Position numbers and translations under genes: made by a program | Shown here: positions 30,022-37,705 of the stretch, in pieces | How positions within the stretch are numbered: the stretch's first letter is position 1 | Layout: every line of letters starts with the position of its first letter | Notes under the pieces: model-generated | Seen by the model: only the letters and a program-made list of their open reading frames with translations | What the model was told of the DNA's origin: nothing | The model's database searches: none | Origin: Candidatus Omnitrophota bacterium | GTDB taxonomy: Bacteria; Omnitrophota; Gorgyraeia; Gygaellales; Profunditerraquicolaceae | DNA length: 64,000 nucleotides | Assembly (NCBI GenBank): GCA_016208765.1 | Contig: JACQXK010000009.1 | Coordinates: 118,255-182,254, forward strand | Direction of reading: 5' to 3'

Positions 30022-30255
30022 ATGAACTTAAACGAACTAGAGAACGAAAAGACAAAAATTAAGCTTGCAGGGGAAGAGGTAGAGGTTAAAACTTCTGATT
30101 CCGTAAAGGATACCTTAACAAGGCTCCTTAAGGAAAAAGGCATTGATTCTTTTACCATTTTGGTTGACGGAGAAGAAGTTACCTCTACCGATGACTTGCC
30201 GGCTACTTTTGACGGTCATGATATCGAAGTTGAAAGATACGTCAAGGCAGGTTAA
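30022..30255 (+). CDS. ubiquitin-like (beta-grasp) protein ending in Gly
   Basis: 77 aa, beta-grasp pattern (F.ILVDGEEV...IEV), C-terminal KAG; upstream of E2/E1/JAB-like genes. Confidence 0.72.
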   Translation: MNLNELENEKTKIKLAGEEVEVKTSDSVKDTLTRLLKEKGIDSFTILVDGEEVTSTDDLPATFDGHDIEVERYVKAG

Positions 30256-30268
30256 ATAAAAAAGCCAA

Positions 30269-30300
30269 AGGAGAGGGAGAGATTCTTTTCTCCCTCTCCT
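30269..30300 (+). promoter_or_regulatory. perfect 12-bp hairpin between the Ubl and E2-like genes
   Basis: aggagagggaga-gattcttt-tctccctctcct. Confidence 0.65.
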
Positions 30301-30325
30301 AAAGTTTAATAAGGAGCTTGAGAAG

Positions 30326-30913
30326 ATGATAGATACGGAATTAATCACAAAAGCAAAGAAAAAATCAACATTAATTGAAAAGATTGACGCCTCTTGGCGG
30401 GAGTTTACGGAAAGCTTAAAAGAAGGTATCTTTACGGTTCCTTTTACCGGAGGTTACAGATGCGTAATCAAGGAAGATGATATGCTTATTGAGGGCTATT
30501 CTGGTCTATTGCTCATAGATAAGGTCTACTATAGCCATAAGACCTATTCTTTAAAGATACCTGTCAAATATTACCCTTTTAAAATTTACGGCATCTATGA
30601 CCAAGGTGGCTGCTTTATTGCGTTTGTTTCAGAGCCGGAGATAGGCTTCCACTATTTGGGTATGAGCGATAAGGGGCATACCATCTGCACCGGAGAGATT
30701 CAATACCTTAACCCTGAATCTTTAGGCTTGCTCAAAGAAGCCTGCTTAAAGATAGCCAAGTCATTCAGGGTAATCAACCTTGAATCCTTAGGAACCGTAA
30801 TCTTACCCGAGAGATTCTCAAATTTAAAGAACATCCTGTCAAATAAAGATAAAGATGTATCATGCAAATTTTCGGAATTGGATAAGCAAGGTCTGATTGA
30901 GCGGATCATTTGA
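30326..30913 (+). CDS. putative prokaryotic E2-like protein
   Basis: FHY....KGHTICTG resembles the E2 H...G.ICxG catalytic motif; lies between Ubl and E1. Confidence 0.55.
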   Translation: MIDTELITKAKKKSTLIEKIDASWREFTESLKEGIFTVPFTGGYRCVIKEDDMLIEGYSGLLLIDKVYYSHKTYSLKIPVKYYPFKIYGIYDQGGCFIAFVSEPEIGFHYLGMSDKGHTICTGEIQYLNPESLGLLKEACLKIAKSFRVINLESLGTVILPERFSNLKNILSNKDKDVSCKFSELDKQGLIERII

Positions 30914-30927
30914 AGGAGGATAAAACT

Positions 30928-31854
30928 ATGCCACAAGAAGCTATTTATGAACGACAGAGATTAATAGAAGGTCTAGAAATACCCGAAGTCGCCTCGGTAG
31001 TAGGCTGTGGCGGAACGGGTTTCTGGACTGCTCTTCTTCTTTCCATGTCAGGAATTAAAGAATTGATCTTGGTTGATACCGATATAGTTGAGGTATCCAA
31101 TCTGAACAGGCTGCTTTTACAGGAAAGCTCTGTAGGAAAGAAGAAAGCAGAAGCCCTAAAAGAACTCATATCCGGCATAAGAAAAGAAATAAGGATTGAG
31201 ATTCAGGATATGCGTATCGAAAAGCCCATAGACTGCCAGATATTACGTGGAGATATATTTTGCTGCACGGACAACTTAAAAAGCCAGCAGATTATCTGCG
31301 CTTTCTGCAAAAAGAACGAACTTGCCTACCAAAGAATTGGCTATGACGGCACAATCCTGAATGTTTCAAAGACCTTCCCGCTTTCCTTAAAAGATACAGA
31401 TGAGGATCGGGGCTATACAATTACTCCTTCCTGGGTGATTCCTGCGGTATTTGCCGCGGCAGCCGGAGTTTCATCACGCACTTACAAGGAACTTTGCCTT
31501 ATGGATGATATCGGGAAGGTTCATATACAGCATTCTTCTCATATCTGTCGCAAAATTTTAGACGATGCGAGAATCGAAGGCGAGGATAACATTATTGATA
31601 ACATCGAAGACCATATACCTGATAACTACGGTTACTGTGATGATTGCTCAAGGATTGACCCTGACGGCTCTGATTACGGATACTGTCCTGACTGTGAAGA
31701 ACATTACAGCGATGACGATATAGAGGACATAAAAGAAAAAGCAAAGAATGAGGAGTACGACCGGATAATCGGGGAGATTGAGGCAGGAGAGATTACTGAC
31801 CCAAAGTTATTAGAAGCCATTAGAAAATGGGCAAAAGCAAAAGGAGGAAAATAG
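30928..31854 (+). CDS. ThiF/MoeB/E1 adenylyltransferase with acidic Cys-rich C-tail
   Basis: VVGCGGTG, VDTDIVEVSNLNRL, GKKKA, CTDN; tail GYCDDC...GYCPDC. Confidence 0.9.
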   Translation: MPQEAIYERQRLIEGLEIPEVASVVGCGGTGFWTALLLSMSGIKELILVDTDIVEVSNLNRLLLQESSVGKKKAEALKELISGIRKEIRIEIQDMRIEKPIDCQILRGDIFCCTDNLKSQQIICAFCKKNELAYQRIGYDGTILNVSKTFPLSLKDTDEDRGYTITPSWVIPAVFAAAAGVSSRTYKELCLMDDIGKVHIQHSSHICRKILDDARIEGEDNIIDNIEDHIPDNYGYCDDCSRIDPDGSDYGYCPDCEEHYSDDDIEDIKEKAKNEEYDRIIGEIEAGEITDPKLLEAIRKWAKAKGGK

Positions 31855-31855
31855 A

Positions 31856-32668
31856 ATGTTTACGTTAGAAGATACTAAAACCAAAAAAAGCAATATTTTA
31901 GATGTAAGGATAAAAAATTACGGGGAATGTGGTTTTTGTACTGACCATGACCACAAAGAAACTCTAAAGATACCTTGGAATATCTGGAGTCAGTGGCAGT
32001 ATATCAGTCAGCGCATACAGGATAAGGAATGGGGCGCTATATTTTGGGTTAAGGATAATACCATAACGAGCTTTAAAATCCCAAAGCAGGAGGTAGGCTC
32101 AGTAGACTGTGAATTCAAGGAAGAATTAGGGGGTGATGGCATAATCCATTCGCACCACGATATGGGAGCGTTTCATTCATCGCAGGACGATGCCCACGCG
32201 CGCAATCTCTACACTTACAGCATAGTTATAGCTAATTCCAAGGGAAGTATTGCTACAAAAAGAGTAAAGCTACCCTGTAACGGCTTTGGCTACGTCAAAA
32301 TAAGCTTAAAACTGGTTGAATTACCTGAGATAGATCTTTCAAAGATAAGCGAAAGAACAAGGGAGTTAATTCCAGAGGCGACCTCAGAATTTGAAGAAAG
32401 CGAGCATCCTTGCGACAGTTGTCAAACCGGCGACTGCGAGAACTGCGAACACTTAGGTATGCCTTATCTAGCTTGCCAGACCTGTGATACCTTTAAATGC
32501 AAATCGTGCAAGACAACCGCCGGTCTGGACATCCGGGGTGTGCTTCCTTTTTGCGAGCTCTGTAATGGCTCTGATATTTGTGCTTCCTGCGAAAGAATCG
32601 CAAAATACCTTAAAAATTACCCAGAAGAGCGAGGTCATTTACAAACTCCAGTTGAGAGCCAGGCGTAG
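31856..32668 (+). CDS. JAB/MPN+ metalloprotease with six C-terminal CxxC pairs
   Basis: EWG...PKQEV...IHSHHDMGAFHSSQD (HxH-x7-S-x2-D). Confidence 0.88.
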   Translation: MFTLEDTKTKKSNILDVRIKNYGECGFCTDHDHKETLKIPWNIWSQWQYISQRIQDKEWGAIFWVKDNTITSFKIPKQEVGSVDCEFKEELGGDGIIHSHHDMGAFHSSQDDAHARNLYTYSIVIANSKGSIATKRVKLPCNGFGYVKISLKLVELPEIDLSKISERTRELIPEATSEFEESEHPCDSCQTGDCENCEHLGMPYLACQTCDTFKCKSCKTTAGLDIRGVLPFCELCNGSDICASCERIAKYLKNYPEERGHLQTPVESQA

Positions 32669-32686
32669 AGGTTTATAAATACGCTC

Positions 32687-32827
32687 GCCCCGCCCTGCCT
32701 TAGGGGTTTTTGGGTTAGGGGGTTTTGGGTGGTTTTGATTGGAACGAGCGTGCGGTAGCCTTCGAGAGGGTTGTTGACGAAACCACCCGAAGGCATACCG
32801 CCCGCAAATAACTTTAAGTGCTTGGGG
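32687..32827 (-). repeat. 141-bp inverted repeat, copy 2
   Basis: reverse complement of 5880-6020 with one mismatch. Confidence 0.92.
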
Positions 32828-32873
32828 GTAAAGAAATAAGTTTTAAAAAATTAATTAAAAGGGAGAGAAAAAT

Positions 32874-33074
32874 ATGAAAGTTGATAATTGGGTTGACGAA
32901 TTACGAAATCAGTTAAGAAGCTTCGACGCGGAAACCTTAGACAGCGAAATGAAAATGGCTGATATAACGCTGGGCTATGTTGATACGCAAGGCCTAATTC
33001 ATTACCACAAAATTGAATACAGGGCAAAAGGATTTGAGAAGAAGCCGGTCCTAAACCAGCCCTTACAGAGCTAA
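32874..33074 (+). CDS. small hypothetical protein
   Basis: 66 aa with GGGAG RBS. Confidence 0.55.
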   Translation: MKVDNWVDELRNQLRSFDAETLDSEMKMADITLGYVDTQGLIHYHKIEYRAKGFEKKPVLNQPLQS

Positions 33075-33186
33075 AATTTACGCATTAAAATTCAGGCAGT
33101 GGATGGCCAAAATATTCGGCCTTTCCATAGCTACGCGCTTTTCTCTTCATCCTCAAATTTTCTTTTCTGTTTTTCCTTGCCGTCAC

Positions 33187-33513
33187 GTAATCCTCTTTCT
33201 TTTTCTCGCCTTAAAAATAGCCCAAGATTGACTTTTGTGCAAGAAAATCCTTTGGAAAAATTCACCTCTACCTTGTCTTTGCGGTTTGCCTCAAAGGACA
33301 AGGTATCAAGGATATCCTGCCCCTTCGGGGAGTCTCAATTTTTCCAAAGGACTCCAGGAAACTCGCTCACTTGGGCGTTCGCTTCCTTTCGGGCGTATCT
33401 GTTTTCTTGACAAAAGACGTGATTTTTGTGGGTTACCTCAAAAATCACTTCAAATCATTGGGCTTATATTTTCGGCATCAAAAGAAAGGAGGCTTACATG
33501 AGCCAAGTAAAAA
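33187..33513 (+). promoter_or_regulatory. ~330-bp fold-back repeat, copy 2
   Basis: homologous to 29338-29676; same RBS and ATGAGCCAAGTAAAAA. Confidence 0.72.
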
Positions 33514-33791
33514 AAGAAATATTAAAGAAAAACGAAAAATTTGAGGATGGGATGCTGCGCACGGATGCCTGCATGGAAAGGCATCTGGGCAGCCGTAATT
33601 CTCAATACAGGACCTATTCAGAGGATCTGTCGCAGAATTCCTTCGGTTTTTCCGCTGTCTGGGAAGAAAGACATCTTATGAAAGACGTCTACAATCTCAT
33701 CAACAAGGGCTTTAAGCCAAACGGTTCTGAAACTCTGGAAACCTTTGTTGAGAAACATCGGGATTTGCTTGATGAAGAAGGTGATTTCTAA
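33498..33791 (+). CDS. hypothetical protein
   Basis: AGGAGG RBS; 97 aa. Confidence 0.65.
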   Translation: MSQVKKEILKKNEKFEDGMLRTDACMERHLGSRNSQYRTYSEDLSQNSFGFSAVWEERHLMKDVYNLINKGFKPNGSETLETFVEKHRDLLDEEGDF

Positions 33792-34006
33792 TGCAGGAGT
33801 TTAAGAAGGTTACAACTAATGAAGTAACTGAAAAATTAACCATGGGCCAGATTGAGAAAGTCTGGCAGCGGGTTGATGCAAGAAAAGAGCAGGATTCAAA
33901 TCAGCTTAGCCTGCAGGTTTTTTGGTTTGCAGGGGTAGAGGTTTGGGTAATAGATGAAGGTGGTATTACTACAATGATGTTTCCTAACGAAAATAAGGAG
34001 GAATGA
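33791..34006 (+). CDS. small DUF960-like protein
   Basis: LQVF...VWVIDEG..TTMMFPNE resembles the DUF960 C-terminus. Confidence 0.45.
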   Translation: MQEFKKVTTNEVTEKLTMGQIEKVWQRVDARKEQDSNQLSLQVFWFAGVEVWVIDEGGITTMMFPNENKEE

Positions 34007-34124
34007 AAATGTGGATACAAAAAGACAACTTAAAAAAAGAAATAACCTGGGAGCGAATTTTGGATTGGGTAGTAATTGACGGAGTCTTGTGGGTGGAAAT
34101 TCAAGAAAAGGAGGTGAAAGACGT

Positions 34125-34352
34125 ATGTATAGTCCAGTGTTAAGCGAAACAATGGTTAAGACGCTGTATAGGCTGAAATACAGCCAGGATAAGCCGATGA
34201 CTGTGGTGGTTGAGAAGTTGCTTCTGCGCTCGATAGCATCTATAGACAAAGGGCCGGTGTGTGAGAAATGCATCAGTGAAAACAATAATGATTGCAGGAA
34301 TTGTTACCTATCCTGTATTACAAAGGAGGTTTCAAATGTTAACAGAAAATGA
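34125..34352 (+). CDS. small RHH-like protein with Cys-rich tail
   Basis: MYSP.L......LY......KPMT.VV; CEKC...CRNC; AGGAGG RBS. Confidence 0.55.
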   Translation: MYSPVLSETMVKTLYRLKYSQDKPMTVVVEKLLLRSIASIDKGPVCEKCISENNNDCRNCYLSCITKEVSNVNRK

Positions 34353-34677
34353 ATTAAGGCAATTTAGCGGAACAGAGCATTGGTATAAACATTTAAGCGG
34401 GTATCTTTACACTGATGGCATTCAATATGTCGCGCAAGAAGGTGGTGCATTTTGGCTAATTGATAAAGTATTGTTTATGACCAGAGCGAAAAATAATTTA
34501 CAGGAATTTGGCGTTTGGAAGCTTAAGGTTAATGAAGATAGATCGGCAACACTAGTGTGCGAAGACGGTAATTACCATGAGCTCTATCGAGAGAAGATTG
34601 AGTGGACAGATTTTCCGCTGAAAAGAATTGAATTATGGTTTGAAAATGGCGTTTTAATACTGCCAAGCGAACATTAA
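34336..34677 (+). CDS. DUF6876-like protein
   Basis: L.QF.GTEHWYKH...YTDG..Y.A..GAFWLID...WKL...CEDGN...TDFPL...VLILPSE. Confidence 0.65.
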   Translation: MLTENELRQFSGTEHWYKHLSGYLYTDGIQYVAQEGGAFWLIDKVLFMTRAKNNLQEFGVWKLKVNEDRSATLVCEDGNYHELYREKIEWTDFPLKRIELWFENGVLILPSEH

Positions 34678-34796
34678 AGAAAAAGACTGAAAAATATGTA
34701 ATTAAGCGGACTACGAAGATTGCTACTAATCCGACAGAAAAATATTCTTAGAGGTATTAGGTTGTAGTTTTAATAGTTTTATTGTAGAGGAATTGT

Positions 34797-34844
34797 TTGA
34801 CGAATAAGAAATTAGGTTTATAATTAGATTTAGACTGTTATAAT
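34797..34844 (+). promoter_or_regulatory. sigma70-type promoter(s) for the HTH-KS operon
   Basis: TTGACG-16-TATAAT and a second TGnTATAAT at 34836-34844. Confidence 0.55.
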
Positions 34845-34874
34845 ATGTTACAAAAGGTGTAAACCTATAAAAGA

Positions 34875-35066
34875 ATGAAAGAATCTATTGAAGTATATAC
34901 AGTTGAAGAGCTTGCAAAGGCCTTAAAACTGCATCCTTATACTATCAGACGTTTATGCCGGGAAAACAAGATCCCGGCTTTTAAATTTAGCGGCCAGTGG
35001 CGGTTTAACAAAGACTCAATAGCTAAATGGGCAAAGGAAAGAGAGAAATTATATTATAAGAAATAA
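34875..35066 (+). CDS. excisionase-like (HTH_17) DNA-binding protein
   Basis: YTVEELAKALKLHPYTIRRL....KIPAFKF.GQWRF. Confidence 0.85.
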   Translation: MKESIEVYTVEELAKALKLHPYTIRRLCRENKIPAFKFSGQWRFNKDSIAKWAKEREKLYYKK

Positions 35067-35081
35067 GACAGCTTAGAAAAT

Positions 35082-36323
35082 ATGCTCAACAAAAGAATTG
35101 TTATTACTGGAATAGGCGTAATTTCTCCGATAGGTATTGGTAAGGACAAATACTGGCAAAGCCTTTTTGAGGGAAAGTCAGGAATAAAACCAATTACGCT
35201 TTTTGATGTTTCAGGGCTTAAGGTTAGAACCGGCGGAGAGATTAGTAATTTTAATCCTAAAGAGATTTTAGGTGATAGCAATCTGCGTACTTTAGATAGG
35301 GCTACTTTACTGCTTGCCTCAAGCACTAAATTAGCCATCGATGACGCAAAACTGGAAATTAATAAAGAGAACAACCGGCAAATAGGAGTATCTGTTGGTA
35401 CCACCTTCGGTAGCTTAAATAGTATCTCCGAGTTTGATAAGGCTTCAGTTACTGACGGTCCGCGTTATGTCAACCCTTCGGTTTTTCCCAACACTGTATT
35501 TAACTCTCCGGCAAGCCAGCTCTCCATTCGATTTCATATCAAAGGATTCAATACTACTATTTCATCTGGTATGTGCGCTGGGCTTGATGCCATAGACTAT
35601 GCAAGAGATTTTTTATATCGCGGCAGAGCCAAAACCATTATTTGTGGTGCAGTTGAAGAATTTTGCATTCAAACATTCCTCGGTTTCTATAAATTAAACT
35701 ATCTTGCCGGACTAAAAAATAACTCTGAGCCAGTATCTTGCCCTTTTGATAAGCGCAGAAATGGTATTGTTTTCTCAGAGGGTGCTACAACCCTGATGTT
35801 GGAAAGCTTGGACGATGCTTCATTCCGTAAAACTAAGATTTACACGGAAATCCTCGGTATTGGATCTTATTTTGATCCCTACCGTCTGACTAAATATAAC
35901 CCTGAAGGTAAAGGAATGAAGCAGGCAATGCACTTAGCACTTAAGGATGCGGGCCTTAGTCCGCAGGATATTGGTTGTGTTTTTGCTAATGCTAATTCTA
36001 CACAAGACGCAGATAAATTTGAAACTCAAGCCGTAAAAGATGTTTTTGGTTCTTATGCTGATAAAATACCTATTGTTGCTGTTAAGTCTATGCTTGGCGA
36101 GACATTCAGTACGGGCGGAGGCCTTGCAGTCATAGCCGCCATAGGCGGTATAAATAATGGCTTTATCCCCCCAACTATTAATTATAAAAAGAAAGATTTG
36201 GGATTAGATTTGGATTATGTTCCAAATAAGGCGCGGAAATTTAATATAAATACGGCTATGGTAAATACCTTTGGTCAGAATGGCTGGAATAAAAGTTTAA
36301 TTATCGGCAGACGCAAAAAATAA
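35082..36323 (+). CDS. non-catalytic ketosynthase homolog (chain-length-factor-like)
   Basis: FabF fold, but TACAAG becomes SGMCAG, AHGT becomes ANAN, and GHT becomes GET. Confidence 0.8.
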   Translation: MLNKRIVITGIGVISPIGIGKDKYWQSLFEGKSGIKPITLFDVSGLKVRTGGEISNFNPKEILGDSNLRTLDRATLLLASSTKLAIDDAKLEINKENNRQIGVSVGTTFGSLNSISEFDKASVTDGPRYVNPSVFPNTVFNSPASQLSIRFHIKGFNTTISSGMCAGLDAIDYARDFLYRGRAKTIICGAVEEFCIQTFLGFYKLNYLAGLKNNSEPVSCPFDKRRNGIVFSEGATTLMLESLDDASFRKTKIYTEILGIGSYFDPYRLTKYNPEGKGMKQAMHLALKDAGLSPQDIGCVFANANSTQDADKFETQAVKDVFGSYADKIPIVAVKSMLGETFSTGGGLAVIAAIGGINNGFIPPTINYKKKDLGLDLDYVPNKARKFNINTAMVNTFGQNGWNKSLIIGRRKK

Positions 36324-36328
36324 AGAAT

Positions 36329-37435
36329 ATGATCAACTTTGCTTTTTTAGGCCACTATATGAGCGCGGACAATCTTGAGGATATTTACAGATTTTATCCT
36401 TTTTTGCGCAGTTTTAACTGGTTTTTGAAGAGACAACCTAGGATTTTTAGAGAAAATATTATTAAATATCTTCCGCCCCATAAATTCATGGATATAAGAA
36501 ATGTTGTTTCAAAAACAGGCTTGAAAATAGACGGTATTGCTGTAATGTGTCCTTATGTGCCAAAGCAGATGGTAACATTAGGAGAAAAAGTTGTTTTAAA
36601 AAAAATAATCTCTTCGGTAAGACTGGCAAAGAAATTGGGTGCTGGCATTGTCGGCTTAGGCGGTTTTACTTCTATTGTAGGCAACGAAGGCGAAATAGTG
36701 GCAAAAGAAGTGGATGTTGCAGTTACATCCGGAAATACTTATACCGCAGCTTTAGCTTTACAGGGTATTGAAAAAGCCGCGCAGATTTTGGAGAGGCCTT
36801 TAGAGAGTTCTGTTGTGGCAGTAATTGGAGCTACCGGTGATATCGGCGGTATTTGTGCGAAAATTCTCTCTAGAAAAGCCAAAACGCTTATTCTTTGTGC
36901 AAGAAAAATAGAAGAAGCCGTTGATTTTATTTCAGTCTTGAAGAAATCCTCTAGGACAAATATCATAATTGAAAAATATGCCGATAAGGTAGCATCTCAA
37001 GCCGATTTTATTATTAGCGCCACCAGTGCCGCGACTACCATTATTTCGCCGCAGAACCTAAGGCCGGGCGCAGTAGTTTGTGATGTATCTTTACCTCCAG
37101 ATATTGCTAAAGAAGTGATTAAGATGCGCAATGACGTATTTGTTTTTGACGGTGGTAAGGCTAGTTTTTTAAATTCCGGTTTAATCGAAAGTAATAAATG
37201 GAAAGGCATATTTCCGAATGGTATAATTTATGGATGTCTGGCTGAAACAATGATTTTGGCTTTAGAACAGAAATTTGTAAATTTTTCTATAGGTAGGGGC
37301 AATATCACTGAGGATAAGATTAAATTTATCTCTGAGTTAGCCGAAAGGCACGGTTTTTCTTTGGCGCCATTCCATTGCGGGAGATATATTTATACACAGG
37401 AAGACATTCAAAGAATTAAAAATCTAATTTCTTAA
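36329..37435 (+). CDS. acyl-ACP reductase-like (aldehyde-forming) protein
   Basis: GLGGFTSIV, TSGNTYTA, VAVIGATGDIG and YGCLAETM parallel cyanobacterial AAR motifs. Confidence 0.72.
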   Translation: MINFAFLGHYMSADNLEDIYRFYPFLRSFNWFLKRQPRIFRENIIKYLPPHKFMDIRNVVSKTGLKIDGIAVMCPYVPKQMVTLGEKVVLKKIISSVRLAKKLGAGIVGLGGFTSIVGNEGEIVAKEVDVAVTSGNTYTAALALQGIEKAAQILERPLESSVVAVIGATGDIGGICAKILSRKAKTLILCARKIEEAVDFISVLKKSSRTNIIIEKYADKVASQADFIISATSAATTIISPQNLRPGAVVCDVSLPPDIAKEVIKMRNDVFVFDGGKASFLNSGLIESNKWKGIFPNGIIYGCLAETMILALEQKFVNFSIGRGNITEDKIKFISELAERHGFSLAPFHCGRYIYTQEDIQRIKNLIS

Positions 37436-37450
37436 AAGGAGGCAATTACT

Positions 37451-37705
37451 ATGGCAGACACGGGAGGTATTAATATTAAACAGGAAATTCAGACAATATT
37501 GTCAAAGATTCTCAACCGTCCGTCGGAAGAAATTACCGATGATGCAAGGTTTGTAGAGGATTTGGGGATGGATTCCATTATGTCTATCGAAATCCTTGCT
37601 TCTATTGAAAAGAAATTTAAGATTACAATTCCCGATGAAGAAATAAAGAAGGTGGCTTCCTTAAGACAAGCAATTGAGCTAGCAGAAAAATACATCAGAA
37701 AATAA
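37451..37705 (+). CDS. acyl carrier protein
   Basis: DLGMDSI phosphopantetheine site. Confidence 0.92.
   Translation: MADTGGINIKQEIQTILSKILNRPSEEITDDARFVEDLGMDSIMSIEILASIEKKFKITIPDEEIKKVASLRQAIELAEKYIRK

Noticed and set aside
30022-31854. ThiS/ThiF or MoaD/MoeB cofactor biosynthesis
   Set aside because: No thiG, moaE or sulfurtransferase nearby; E2-like and JAB genes are present; the Ubl ends AG, not GG.
33099-33501. ORFs 33099-33410 and 33235-33501, and the 5' extension of 33426-33791
   Set aside because: They overlap repeat copy 2; the RBS supports a start at 33498.
29338-33513. CRISPR array or DGR template/variable repeat interpretation of the repeats
   Set aside because: Only two long copies with no spacer periodicity; differences are not adenine-specific; no cas or reverse transcriptase gene.
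34875-35066. excisionase marking the element's right boundary
   Set aside because: No integrase, att repeat or 5' comM nearby; it heads the KS operon and is more likely a regulator.
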